A stretch of DNA of 64,000 nucleotides, from the NCBI GenBank assembly GCA_904063045.1, contig CAJFCJ010000011.1, positions 1,116,001 through 1,180,000 on the forward strand. Reading direction: 5' to 3'. The translations under genes were made by a program, and so were the position numbers. The stretch's first letter is position 1. Each line of letters opens with the position of its first letter. Source of the DNA: Dimorphilus gyrociliatus. Its lineage: Eukaryota; Animalia; Annelida. The notes under the pieces are model-generated. The model was not told where the DNA came from, searched no databases, and saw nothing but the letters and a program-made list of their open reading frames with translations. Below are positions 25,328 through 39,786 of the stretch, in pieces.

Positions 25328-28300
25328 CTTACAAGTCGAACGATAATTTAGCTAATCTCTTGTATCTTCTTGTATTCTATACTATCTAATGATACTATTT
25401 ACAACTCATCATCAATTTTTGTCTACTACCCTACTAAAACTCTATTATGGATAAATATATCTTTTACATTCATCTCTTCCACTTCCCTTACGCCTAGTTT
25501 GCCAAAACAAACACTATAGAGAATGCTTACTTTATTGCAACATTTTTCTGTATTGACTTTCTTGTAATAAATATGCTTTTTAAGGTAATCCATTCAATTC
25601 TAACATAGAGTATATTAATTATCTGTAGTTATTTTTCCCATATATGATATATATTAAATGGAAAACTGTTTCCGATAGAGCATAAAGTATATTTATGACA
25701 CTATTTATTCTGAGAGAACTAAATTTAGTATATAGAAAAACAAAACTCTGAAAAAGCTTGAATAACAACCATAAACTGTTTAAATTAACATTTTTTCACA
25801 CAGTAAATGAAATTACATCATTTTTTTCTCATATTTTTTTTTGTTCCATATGGTGTTTTTTCTCTAGTTTTTCTATTCTTACATTCACTCACTCATGTGC
25901 TTTTCCTCTATTTCTCGATCGAAATATAAAATAATTTAGGCCTAGAGATTATATTGACAACCATTATATAATGTTAGCATATACGATTTTTGTTTATTCC
26001 CAACATTTACTCTGTTATTTAAAAAGAATTACACAACAGAAAATACAATAATTAATGACTTATTAATCATTTACTCTAAGTATAAGTCGAATTAAAGACA
26101 GTAGATAACTGCCTTGGTAGGATCTCATAATCAATTTATTAATTGATAGAACCATAAAAGTAACAACAATAGACAATGTTTTTGTCTAGTAATTAAGAAA
26201 AAATGCCAACTATTCTATTCAGATTATTGATTAGAAAATATTGTGTTATTTTTTTTGGATAACAGACTTACCTATTTAATCACCGTTCCGATATGCATTT
26301 ATATATAGAATCGATGTATATAAAAATAGAAAAAATAGTATTGACATAGCTTAGTCCCCACAAATTCCTCATACATTTAAAGTGTCGACATCTACAGTAA
26401 ATTGACGATGATAAGAATTGAAATAATCAATAAAATTCTTCTATGAATATTTTCAATCAATTTTGCCATTTTCCGAATGATTTACATTCTTCTTAATTTA
26501 TTAATAAATTCCTGAAAATAGTTTTTTTTTTGTTTTTGGTAAAAAAAAAAAGAAATATTTGTTAATTATTTCATTTTCTTGATTTTTTCATTTTGTTTTT
26601 GGAATAAACCTTACAGGCTTTAATAAAATTTTCCAAATTCTTAACTCTTTTATAGTTTATCAACCAAATTTTGAAGTAGAGGGTGGGAATAATGATAAAA
26701 AGACATAAATCTCCTTTTAATACTCCGAATTACAATTTCAATTTATTTCTGATAGATTCCTTAGAATATCACAGATGCTACCGCAAACCTTATTACGTAA
26801 TTACCTAGCCAACATGTAACACAAATGAAAAAGTAATATAAACTGAATGGTTTGCCTGGGGGATAAACATTTTGAATGATGTAATGTAAAGTGGATTATA
26901 AATTCTGATATACCTGGATATTTTGTATGCGTATATAACTTGATTAGTTTAAAATGTTTGTAGTAATATATGAATGTTATTGGCAAAACATGAAAGCTAA
27001 ATATTATTTCAATATTGTTTCATATTTTTTAACCTGTTTCATAAATCCTATTCGTACAGTCTATGTACAATACAGATTTTTTAAAACGTCCTATATTTCA
27101 TCTCAAATATCCTTTTAAAGCGGATATTCATGTCTATCTAACAATCTAAAGGTATTGTCTAAACTTTGCTCTTTCTTCTTCAACTAATAGAATAACAAGT
27201 TATTGGATCTTCAAACTAAAAAGATGAAGATGATAAAGAATATGGGAAGAGTAAGGAGGAGGTAGGGCGGGAAACGAAATGAAAAGAATAAATATTTTAC
27301 CAAACCAAAAAAACACTGAATTACAGTGGTGAGACGAACTAAATCTATTTTTCCACAATCGAAAGTTTATGCATAAAAAAGAAAAAGGTAAAACAAACAA
27401 TTATGATTTAAAAAAAAAATATAACCATGGAAAATAGTCAGTTAAGGTTGAAAGTGAAAAAAATTCCAGTAATAATAATATGATAAATAATTAAACATAT
27501 TAAAAAAATATTTACAAGTGACATTTCTTAACTCAATTTGATAAGAGAGTTTATTGATTGAAAAAAGCGCGCAAAAATATAGTCATGTGACAGAAGCGTA
27601 TTGAATTCTAATCAGGGGTACACCTATATAGTATAGCTGTATAGTGTAGAAAAGATCATACTGATCGATCCTTAGATGCAGAGCTACAGTCAGCGGCGCC
27701 GAGGCCTGTATTACACTGTTCTGGTGCACTCTGCTCACACATATGCTTTCCCTGTGTGCAGTTTGCTGCTTTTATAATCTTTCTTTCTCTCATATTCAAA
27801 AATTCGGAGTATGGAACACAAGAGTCGATTTTCTTTTATATTTGAAATTTACCACTTTGATAAATTCAATGGATATAACTATTTGTAAATCTACATTGGA
27901 TACTACAGCCAAAGTTCAACAGGATGTTTAGGTGAGTAGTAGAAACGATGGATTAAGGAAAGAAAAATAATTCCTTTGTGTCTTATTGATTATCAAATTA
28001 GAAAGCTATCTGTTGCTATATATTTTTTCAAGCGATTGCCTATTGATTTTGGTGCGTGAAAAAAGGGACCTGCAGCTATACCAATTGACAGGTGTTATAT
28101 GTAAAAAAAAAAATAGCTGAAGAATCTTCTGATCTCTTTTTTCTCATTTATCCTCTAAACAGTTCAGTTTGTTTTGCTACTACCAGTCTCCGGTACCAAT
28201 GGTACCAGTCTGTTCAATCAATAAAAATATGTTCTATCTACGGTACGAAAATCAATGGTCATGTTGCCTGTGTGAAAATCGAAGCGACGCGTCTTGACAC

Positions 28301-29300
28301 TAGGTGGTGCTATTAAAGCTCGAATTTTTCTAATATGTTATTAGTATGTTATAATAGGTTAGGCTTAGTTTCAGCTACTATGGTATACGAGTTGTTTCCA
28401 GTTGGCCGTACGCTTTCTTTATTTTTATCTCTTTAATGAATTTATTTTGCAGTACAATGACGTCATGCATCTCCAGCGTTCGGTTGTTGTAAAGTCAGTA
28501 GAGAACATTATATATATATATATATATATATATACAGTATATGTATAAATTTCCTTTATATAAACATATATATGCAGTATATACTAATATATATATATAT
28601 ATATGTAAGTGTACTAATATATGTACATATATGTTTACTGTAGGTTTACAGAGTAAATTTTTCTCTTGATTTTCCTCCCCATTCCTCTAAATATCATATA
28701 GCAATGACCTGCATTTTTATATGCATATATATATATACCTAGTTACTTAGGCGAATTCTTAGATATTGTATTCAGCAAAAATCTTAATCTATGACTATTT
28801 ATACTAAAATTATTTATAGATAATAGTACATTAACAAAATATTGAATTTATTGTGTATGTTCCACAACTCTATTGATATGGTAGGCGAATAGTATTGGTA
28901 AATATCTTTAAATTGATAATATTATCCGTTTTGGTTATAATTCTCACAACATCATTAAACAAATTCAAAGATTTTGATTTATTACATGATTTTTTTTATT
29001 AAGGGAGAGCAATGAGTAACTTTTTTTTTGTATTTTGTGTTAAAACATTTTTTATTATGAATACTGATGTAATGCAGAACTGAATCATATAGGCTTGAGT
29101 TATCATGTGTATCAAATGATTAACTAATATTTCATAATAAACAATATGTTAACTACCGACTTATCCCAAAGATGTCGCTAGTGATACTATTTATAATTGT
29201 TGTTCGTGCAATAGCCGCACGAGGACGCCAGCGCCGTGACCTAATTTGAATGCTAGAAAGAATGTAGTAGTGAAGACACAGTGGATTTTTTTAGAAAAAC

Positions 29301-32300
29301 ATGAATTTAGAGGATTATACTCGTGAAATCCATAGATTATTACGTTCTCCGAATATTGATGATAACCTAGCTACCGTTTGCGGCGAATTCAAGAAGGTAA
29401 AAATGGCGGAAAATCGACGAAAATCCGTCTTTTTTCCAGGCTAGATTGCGCGCGGCCGAAAAATGCAAATGGCGACTAGGCGAAAGCTTTATTCCACTCA
29501 ATTTTTTCACGAATTTCCTCACTTACTTTTTTTCGAAGGATAATAGAGATGTATTAGAAATTGATTTAAGCATAGGGCGACAAATAATGTAAATATCGCT
29601 AATCGGCCTTCGTTGACCTTATTTAGACATTGTTCGCCTTTCGCCTTAATTTTTAAAAATTTATTTTCTTTGAAATTTAACCGGTATATCGTGTTTAGTT
29701 CCCGTTTATCGTATTATTTCGGTCATACTATCAAATATATGCTTTCGTTCTCAAGATAATTCTTTTATATTGTTGACAATATAGGCTCTTCATTGTTTTC
29801 TCAATTTATATGTTATTTAATATTTTAAAAGTAATTAATAAAGGATTTTGCGGAGATGGGTATAAAGTGTATTGTGTAACGGCGTCCGATGGCCAGATTT
29901 GTTCTGTAAATGCCATCTTCAAATTATCATCTGTCAGGAATTCGCGTAACGTTTTTATTTATACTCGATCGGAGAAAAAAAGATATAAAGAGAATTTCTG
30001 TTTTATAATCTTTTCATTGATATTGCTCGAAAATTCGAATCAATGACAAATTCTAGTAGTGACCTATATAATAGAAAAATACTCTAGCAATTTTCTGAGA
30101 ATTGATATTGTTTTTTTATTATGAGAAGAGGAAAAATTCGTTAAGATTCTTGTGGAAATTGTTTTTTAAAAAGTTATTACCGTGCTGTTCGAAAATTAAC
30201 TCGAAAATTACTTTAATGGCTTAAGCCGGCATCGTTAATTTAATGTAATTGCGTTTTTTTTTAAACAGTTTACCCGAGATTTCATCGCCAATACTGAATT
30301 AGCGTTCGAATATCGTCTAATCGCCTTTCAAAATGCCGTCGAAACTTTCACAAAATTCCGAAAAACCTATCCGAATCGAACGGAATTGGATGATTTGGGA
30401 AAATATATTTTTATGTAAGATATTTTTTAAATATACAATGTATTTAGTTTGTATAAATAAATACTATATATATTTATATATACATATTTGTATAAGGACA
30501 ATATGCTATATATATATATATATATGTATATATAGATATGGATTCATTTTATAATTAAATACTGTACAGACAGACAGTCTAAATATTAAAGGTGATTTAA
30601 TTATTTGGTGTAGTGGTAATTTTTTCTTGTTTTTCTCCTGCAGCGAAATCGCCCGACTAGTATTAGGTATTGAATTTCACAAGCTAAACGAATCGGAAGA
30701 GCCACGAAGGAGCTTCAAGTCGAGCATAGTTAACGCCTATTCAGAATTGACGACTGCCAAATTAAAATGCGCTCACGATTTCCTAGTTTTACAGGTTAGT
30801 TGAGACTGTTTCGAGTTCATTCGAGATAGCTAAAATTCTGCTAATCGCCTTCTTGTCTGCTTTGCCTTGTTTTTCTTTTTTATGTAATCACGTTTCTCTG
30901 TGAGAGACCGCCGCCTATACGCTAATCCGCCGTATACAGCGAACGTCTTTGCTGCAGAATGGATTATATGTCTTAACCAGTCTTTATCATTTCCTTTCTC
31001 CTTTTTAATTAGCCCGCCGTTTCTCTTATTCCTGTTAATATCTTTTTTAATACTTATGTTTCTATATATAGAGACAGTATAATCTAACTTACAGACTTCT
31101 TTTCCCTCTCGGTGAAATTCGATACGCCAACCGCCCTTTTTTGCGCGTCTTATCAGTAACAGCTGTGTATGTTAGCTACGTCTCTAACGTTCCCGCGACC
31201 TAGTTTTCTTCTTTTTTGTCAGCTCGCCAGATAGCTTTGAGAAACGAAGTTAATTTAACGTCTTCTTTTTTCTCTTTACCCTAACCACAGTGGTTGATGG
31301 TCAATTATTGGACGCATCCGACGCTAGTAGGTATGATGCAAGGAGAGGATTTTGACGAGGAGAGAGCCTTGACTTATTTGAAGATGGGCGAATATCCCGA
31401 ATTATTTAAATTACGAATTGAATTGCTTATAGAAAGCGGTTGTGAGCCTCAGGCTCTAAATCTTTGTAAATGGTGTGCTAGAAGTCCAGTTTTTGCAACG
31501 GATGTCACAGTTAGGTTAACACAGTTACTTTTGCTCCATCGACTTGGAAAGATGCAGGATTTCTATAGTCAGTGTTATGAATTATCTTGCTGCGTCGGTG
31601 CGAAAATTATAGCCAACTTAATGGAGCGGAGCGGCGAAGCGGAACAAGCTTGTGCCGATATGGCTCGAACTTTTCTACTACAGGATTGGACTAAACCAGC
31701 TAATTATTGTTGCACGGCTGAATTACTTCGCATGTGGATTTTGGTACAGAGAAAAGCATCTGATGTCGAGACATTTCTGCATGAAGTATCTAAAGTCGCT
31801 CATACTTTTCGCAATACGAAACAGCTTAATTTACTCTGCGACGTTCTGCATAATTTAGTAAGTCTTTAGAATTTTTCTTTCTCAAATCCTTACTTATAAA
31901 TATCTGACAATATTTCATTCTAACATCGCAGTATGAGGACGAATTTATCGACTTTTGCACCGACGTCGAATTACAAGCGCTCAAAAACGACCGCAACGAA
32001 CTAAATAGCCGACGCCCATCTCACAATTCATCTGTCGTCTCTTCTCAACCAGTATCAGGAGATGATCCTGCAATTGCCGCTGACAACCTAGCTCAAACAT
32101 GTCGTCAGTTGGCTCGCCTTTATCAATCATCCGACGTCCGTATGTCGTTTAACTGCTTATTGACAGCTTTATACCTGGATCCAAGAGATGACACATATAA
32201 AGAAATTTTACGTTGTATTCAGGTATTTATTTAACTAAAAATATATATCTTTTGTGTATATTATTTATCTACTTTTTTCATTTTTTATCTTATCAGGAAA

Positions 32301-35300
32301 AAGGAGAAGAGATTGTAGAGCAAGCTGTGGTGGATAAAAATGATAACATGGAGAAGACATCTTTCGAAGAAGTCTTAGATGTGGTGGTAAGTCTTCGACC
32401 GTCTGCTTTTGCCCCAAAGTCTGGCGTCAATGGTGGTTGGAAGGCTTTAGATGCCCAATGTTTACACTACTTAGAAGAGATAGGCCTTAAATATAATAAA
32501 AAATCAGACTCATTCACTAAACTCGAACAACAAGTCAGGGATAGAATACGACATGACGGTAATGTACCCCAACTTAGGGGTAAAGTTTGGAGAGGCGTCA
32601 AATTCTGTGGTCGACCAATTGCAGCTAACGAATCTCCAAAGAAGGAACCTGGTAGCGGAAATGAACAAAAGAACGCAGTATGTACTCATTGTCAGAGAAC
32701 TTTCAATTCACCATGGCATTTAAAACGACATATGCGCAATGTACATGGAGGGAATAGTGGTGGTAGTGCTGTTGGTGAAGAGGCAGTATCTAATACGGAA
32801 GACGATCTAGATCAATCCGACTGGCCCCTTATTGATGATCAAGAAATAAAGGAATACTTGGACCATGAAGATGATATCCTGCCAATATTAGACATTATGG
32901 ACGTTGCTAACGAGCCTCCCCCTACAACTACTCCTTCAAACGATCGACTCATGCAATTCCAGTGCCGTTACTGCCAAAAAGAATTTTTAACAATGCGTGA
33001 TCGTAGGCGGCACGAAGAGTGGTCTTGCCCCAAGAGAAATGCTACTAACAATGTCGCCAAGCGAACTGACTTTGGTCATCAATGCCCAATCTGCCATAAA
33101 CTATTATCAACAAAAGGTTCATTAAATCGCCACATAAAATTGGTACACAATGCGGAAGTTCCGGGAAAGACTTCTCCAGAAAGTAATGAGAATAATAATG
33201 AAAAACCTGTCAGCCCAGTCTCTGAGGACGATGGAGGAGATTTGCCGTCTGAGGAAGAGCTAGAAGAAAAGGAAAGGCTAAAGTGTAAATTCTGTTTTCA
33301 GCGATTTGAGTCTAACTCAGCATGTCTACGCCACGAAATGATTTGCGCAGAAGGGCCTACGAAGCCAAAAAATATTTGTGAATTATGCGGAAAAAGTTGT
33401 AGAGATGAAGAAGAGAAGAGAACTCATTTAGAAGTCGAACATGCTGACTCAACGGGAGAAGCGGTTGCAGGAGATTTCTTTGGAGAGGGTTTAATGAACT
33501 TGTTAGCAAAGGAGGCCGAAGAAGCAGATGTTAACCAACAACCAGCAGTTATTAACGTCAGATCTCACTCTACAAATTCTACAGCAATATTATCACCCAG
33601 GTCAACGTCTACAACTTCTACAGCTAATGAAACACCACCATCTAAAAGTAGACCTAGACCACGAAGGCCTAGCTCGAAGCCATCTCTCATTCAATTAAAT
33701 AAGGGCAAGGATGAAGTACATGTTGATCAGCATAAGGATTTTCCTGGTATGACAAGAACTCTAATCACAGTTAAAGATGAACCTGCATATAAAGGTTCAA
33801 AAATTACTTGCGAAGTATGCTCCTCTCAATTTGTCGACTCTCAAACGGCACATAATCATGCTACTATTTGCGCTAGCCCCGGTTCTAAACAGGGAAAGTT
33901 GAAACGGAAGTTTATATATTTCTGTCCATTTTGTGAAACGGTGATTAATAATGCCAATTCGGTTCCGAAACATGTCAGGCAATGCAAGGTACGTTTTAAT
34001 AATTTTAAAATACCGCTTTTGACGTTTGTATTTTCCTATACTTAATTTACTGAGTCGTCATTTTGATTTCAGGTGCAACCTCACGACTTGGAACCAAACT
34101 TAATGGAAAAGCGTTGTTCTCTTGCTGATTGTGGGAGGGTTTTTTACACATGGCCCAGTCTTCAAGCTCACATGAATTGGCATCAACGTCAAGGAGATCT
34201 ACCTAACACTGACCCTCAACAACCAGTTTCGTCTCCATCATCCAACGCTATCGAATCACCTCCCGGGAGTGCACTTGCAACTCCAGCTAATATTGTTTAT
34301 GGAAACGAAAACCTTATGAGCCCAGTCAACAAAGAAGAACCAACGCCTTATAATGACTGCCTCCTGCCATCAAATGTCATTAGTCCTCCGCCTGACCTAA
34401 GCCAGGGTGTCAAGAAAAATCAGCAGCAAATGGCAATGACCGCCCAATTACCCAGCTTGGGCACAATGCTAGGATGGGGATTTGATCCTGCATCAGGCTC
34501 AAGTTTAGACGTGTTACCAGAACCCGCGGATCCACCCTATTTAGCCCATCCTCAACCGTTTTCTGAGGTAAATATCCTCTTATATTGCAGCTCTCGACTA
34601 AACACTTTATCAAGCGAGTTTGAGTAATCAAAAGTTTAAGAAAAGCCGCTTCGCAAGAAGCCGCTCGTATCATATTACCAGTTCTAAAAATAACTCTTCA
34701 AGATTTGTCGCTAGATGTCGCTAAATTATTATTTCTTGTTTGTTTAGGTGAAAGAAAAGCAAAGTCAGGATTGGAATTGTTTCCGGGAATTTGTTAAACA
34801 AACAATCAGTCAACACGTTTTGGGACGCATGTCTCACACGACTCCTGTTTCATCCTCAGGGACTTATCAATCGCGCCATCTGTCGGACGCTGAAGCTAAT
34901 GAAGAAAGATTAGCAAGAGAGGGAAATAGTTACGTTGGTGAAAATAATAAAAGAAAGGTTAAATTGCTACACGGCGAACCCATTGTTAGTCAATACGTCG
35001 TTGAATGTACTGGTTGTAACACTATGTTTGCCTCGCAAAAAAGATGGAAAGTGCATAAAGAGAAAAGGTTAGTTAATGATCATAACTTACAGATGGTGGG
35101 GAATTAAACCTGCTAACAGATATTTATTGGATAAAATATTTTGATTATTTCCTTCCTTTTCAGATGTACAGAAGATGCGGATTCTACTTCGGTTGCAGTG
35201 TATGAGTGCCTGTTTTGTAAAAAATGTTATAATGCTATGATGGATTGTCGAAGACATCAACTTAACTGCGATAAATGTCGAACTATCCAATTAAAACCAG

Positions 35301-38300
35301 CAGACGTTGTACCTGAATTTTTCTACGTCTGTGAAGAATGTAGTATGCTATATACCAAATCTGCTAACTATATTACTCATCGTATTGCTAAGCATGGTGT
35401 CGATCGGGATTTAGCAAAGCGTATGAGCATAGAGAGGAGAGAAAAGTACAAACGGTTTAATGAAGAAGAAAAACGCAAAATGATGGAAGATGAAGGAAAA
35501 AGGATTATCGAAAAATGGAAATCCAAATGGTCTGGTGAGCCAGATAAAAAGAGGAAAAAAACCATAGAAGAAAAAGTTGTAACGGAAACCATAGAAGACG
35601 AAGATGAGTCCTGGATGAACTCTCACCCTCATCAACAAAGCAGCTGGCTGAGTTTTTTGCAAGATGATGAGTACAAACCTCCTCCTTATAGTGAAGTTGT
35701 TCGAGAAACTCAATCTGAAACTCGAAAAGTTGAAGAAACTAATGAATTAATAGCATTAGCAGATATTGCGTCATCAGCCGTACGTCTTTCTGTAGTTGCG
35801 ACGCCGACTACACAACAAGATCCACAAACCGCCCAGCAATATTCAACAGGCCTTAATGAACTAGCAAAGGCTGCCGCCAAGGTGCATCATCAATCAGCTG
35901 CTGATAAAATGCCAGAAACTGCAAATCTACTGCAGCGAAGCCAATCTTATGAAGAAAAGGATAAAGTTGTGCCATCAGTTGTTCAGCAAAAGCGTCATAG
36001 CCTACCGGAACAGAATCCCTTACTCATGCAAGTTTTGACTTTGGGAAGAAGTGAAGAAAAGCAAAAGGAAGAATGCGAAGAGGAAGTAGAAAGTATAGGC
36101 GGTGGAGGAGAAGTAATGGGAGATGAAGAAGACGAAGAAGAACCAGAGCAAGAACAAGAAATTGAAGGAGAGATAATTGAGGAGGAAGACGAACCTGAAA
36201 TACCACAACAAGTGCAAGAGCCAGTATTAAAAAATGCTCAAGTTCATCATATAAAGACCATACCCGAAAAGGTAGAAGCTCAACCAAAGAGTGAAGGATA
36301 CCAACAACAAGCAACCTTGAATACCGTGACAAACAAAATGACGAATGTTCAAAACCAAACTGTCACAGCAATACATGTCTCGCCTAAAGTAGTAACCCCT
36401 TTGTCTGTAAATGTAACAATACCTTCAAGTTTATCATCGGTTCCTGTTGACACTTCGAAACTGTTACTGCAAACGCTCAGCCCGACGCAAAAATCACCGG
36501 GAGCGAGGAAAGTCCCTTGCTCATCTGGTAGTCGAAGAAAGTCGCGTCCCGGAAGTGGAAGTCAACAATATTTTCCAATGCCTGAGGCAACCATGCAATT
36601 AAGAGAAGAAGAAAGACCCATGAATTGTGAATGTCATCGGATAGATGCTGGTGACAAATGCCGACCTTGCCAGGATGCAATTGTAGCCCGAATTGTCGCT
36701 AATGTAAGAAAGCAACTTGATGAAGAGAAGAAGAAGCAAACAGAAGGTAAGGTTGAAATTTCTAAATGAAGTGTACATTTTTCATCCATTCTTTCTTAGG
36801 AGGACCAGTTGGAACCACTACAACATCAATGAATGTTTTACAAAGAAATAAAAGAAACCGTTCAAGAAGTACAGGAACACCAACGAGATCTCCTCGTGCC
36901 AAAGTTGTAGAAGGAAGTTCATCCACCAGAAGTTCAACTCCTAGTCAGGCATCTCCACGACCATCGGCTCCATCTCCAGCTGTTTTAACATCCAATTTAG
37001 TTAGAACAACAGCTCCCATTAAAAGATCTGGAACAGAAGAAGATAATGACCTAACACTTGTTGATACGGTAAATGCTTCCCTTGGTGTATCGAGTAGCTC
37101 CGAAGTTCCTCGACCAAACGAGCGTCAGACAGCTGTAGCTGAAAGAGTTTATATGCACGCTAATATCATTACTGCTAACATTGCTGGTAGACCATATAAT
37201 AAATTACAATGTAGACATTGTATGAAGGAATATGATACATTTATGAATTTGGCTCAACATATTCAAAATGATCACCGATCCGCTTTTGTCTCAACATCTA
37301 TTCAGCCTACAAAGAAGAATTCTTTAGAAGGTGAAGAAGATGCGGAAGTTGAACAATTTACTTGTCACAAATGTCGAGATGTTAAATTCGAACGAGAAAG
37401 TTCATTAAAGAGTCATATGAAAGTGTTCCATAAAATGGAATGGCCAGAAGCAGTTGCCGAAATGGAGGACAAAAAGAACTCGCCAGTTGTTCTTAGAGTG
37501 TCTCAAAATTCTATAGTTGAGGGAAGTGAACAAGTTCCTGACAGCGTACGGCAACTTATAAAGACTGTTACCTCTGGTCAAAAAAGTGTGGTGCAAAATC
37601 TGACAAACGTTACGATTGTAACAGTTCCTTACACTATATCAGTCACAGCTTTAAAAAATGTTTCTAAAGTTATATTTACAACATCAAAGAGTGGTCCGAT
37701 TAGTTCAATAACTTCAAGTACAACAACAACCACCACCCCTAGTCAGATTCATTCTGAGAAGAAGTTAATCAAAACTGAGGGCGAAGATCTGCTAGATGAT
37801 AAGAGGGATGAAGAAGCCGTTGTAAGAAGATCACGGCGATTGGAACGATTGGAAACAATTGATTATGCAGCAAAAGAGTATAGTTCGTCTTCGAGAGAGA
37901 GTACTCCACAGACTAAACTTTTGAAGTCTTTAGAATTAACAAGGAAAAGAAAAGTAAGCGATTGTTCAGAAGGAAATTCAACCAGTTCGGAGGACAAGCG
38001 CATTTCAAAGTTGCATTTGCAAAGGTCCTTGACTCCGCCGGACGAACGTAAAGGGCCCTTAAAGAAAAATAAGAATGATGACGATGAAGGTTGTAGTTCT
38101 GAGGGTAGCTTGGAAGAACGTCGCTCTACCCGTAACTCATCTCAGAGATCTTCAACACCTCTTGAAGATCGAAAAATAACAAGAAATAAAAAAGACGATA
38201 ACGTAGAGGAACAATTTGAGGAAGATGGTCGAAATTCTGGGACGCCTACTCAATTAAGTCGATCAGATGACAAAAGGAGCTTGAGAAAAAGAGATGACGA

Positions 38301-38700
38301 TGACGATGTGTTTTCGGAAGAGAGCTTAGATGACAAACGATTAGCTAAAGTGTTAATGCCAAGGTCAAGTACCCCTCAAGATGATCGAAAGTGTTTGACT
38401 AGGAAAAGGAAAGAGGACGAAGAAGATGCCTGTTCTGAAGGTAGCTTAGAAGACCGCCGAACTACTCGTCAATCAATACAAACAAATCCGCAATTAAAGG
38501 AAAGACCTTCTACTCCACAAGAAGAGAGAAGATGTTCTTTACGAAAACGAAAGGAAAAAGAGGATGACGACGACGACGACCATAGATTAACCAGGGGTTC
38601 TCTTGCCGCAAAAAAAAGTGTAAAAGTAGTACCGAAGCGATCGGCTGAAGAATCAATAGCAACTAGACAGTCAAAAAGATTAAGAAAAAAGACTGAATAA
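29301..38700 (+). CDS. ZNF292: ZNF292/RLF/ZNF654-family zinc-finger protein, about 2413 aa, 10 exons
   Basis: Exons 29301-29396, 30269-30414, 30644-30794, 31291-31857, 31932-32222, 32297-33988, 34073-34567, 34748-35067, 35164-36746, 36800-38700 (7242 nt, in frame). The N-terminal helical region (YWTHPTL...FKLRIELLIE...QALNLCKWC...YCCTAELLRMW) resembles the shared N-terminus of ZNF292/RLF/ZNF654; 13 dispersed zinc fingers follow. Exact orthology within the family cannot be decided here. Confidence 0.75.
38020..38585 (+). repeat. Imperfect coding repeat (about 40-45 aa unit) in the zinc-finger protein C-terminus
   Basis: Four R(S/P)(S/L)TPx(D/E)(D/E)R(K/R) units (RSLTPPDERK, RSSTPLEDRK, RSSTPQDDRK, RPSTPQEERR) interleaved with three SE(G/E)SL(D/E)(D/E)(R/K)R units. 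Confidence 0.7.
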
Positions 38701-39163
38701 ATAATAAGTAATTATTCCTATTGTTTTGAAAAAAATCAAAATTTCGATGTGTTCAAGATGTTGCACAATTGTACAGTTTGGTCATGCATGCATATTGGAT
38801 TTTTTCTATATACATTTATGGAAATATATGTACGTACTTTCAGTATGTAGATATAATACGTGTATATATGTACGTGTATATGGTATATAAATATATATTG
38901 ATATATATGTATATATGTATATACAGTATATTTATATGTATTTATGTAGTGTGTACGTAGGTATATACGTGTGGGTTTTTGTGTGTGGAAAAAATATATA
39001 CTTTGTTTTCTTTTATGTATATACTTCTGGAGTTTTTGCTTACTTCTTTTTTTTACTAACCCTTTTCTCTTTACTCAAAACTTAAAGAAAAGTTAGCAGT
39101 TTGTACAGTTCAAAAAACAGAGCGTGAAGTTTTTCTTCTGTCAAAATACAATGATAGGAAAAT

Positions 39164-39786
39164 TTAAGCATTTCTTTCTACAACAATTGCAGACGCTCCA
39201 TAAGTTTGAGGCTCTACCATAAGTAGACGGCAGACGTAATATGGATCGGAGGTTGACTATTAGGACAAATAATTAATAAGCGGTTGTTAAAAAAAGGTGT
39301 TGAACGTACCTTTGTCATATAGAGCCGAGCTTTTGCAGTCGCTTTCGATCCTTTAATATAAAAAACCATTTGGAAGTGCTTTACTCCATCTTTCTCAAAT
39401 TCTACATGGGTTGCCCCTCGCAACTCGCTTCTTCTGGCTCTCTCTCCATACCCGATTATAGGATCACCTAAAGCTCTCTGAACTTCATAATTTTCTCGAC
39501 ATTTTTCCAAAGCATCATTGAACAAATGTTGAACGCTCGAAGAGGAGAATAACTCTTTTAAAAGCACATAACCGATAGCTCCAAATAAACCTAATCCTAC
39601 CAAGATTACTGTACCATATGCAGCTGTCTTATTAGCTTCTTTAAATTTTTGCATTCTATTTGATAATTGCTGTTCGGAACTTTTTTGAAGTTGATTAGAC
39701 ATACAACGAAGAAGTAATGCATTTGTCAGCGATTTTCGTTGTTTAAGAATATCTCTTGTCAGATTGCACATGCGGTAACTATTCAT
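39164..39786 (-). CDS. TIMM21: Mitochondrial import inner membrane translocase subunit Tim21, about 189 aa
   Basis: Exons 39786-39310 and 39256-39164 (phase 0). Basic presequence-like N-terminus, TM YGTVILVGLGLFGAIGYVLLKELF, Tim21 motifs LGDPIIGYGE and HFQMVFYIKG. Confidence 0.92.

Noticed and set aside
27107-27116. ATATCCTTTT, resembling a U12 AT-AC donor
   Set aside because: No flanking exon or matching U12 branch point; all modelled introns are GT-AG apart from one GC-AG candidate.
33797-37596. Minus-strand ORFs overlapping the zinc-finger gene
   Set aside because: Antisense shadows of long coding exons; their F/L-rich content mirrors the sense-strand E/K codons.
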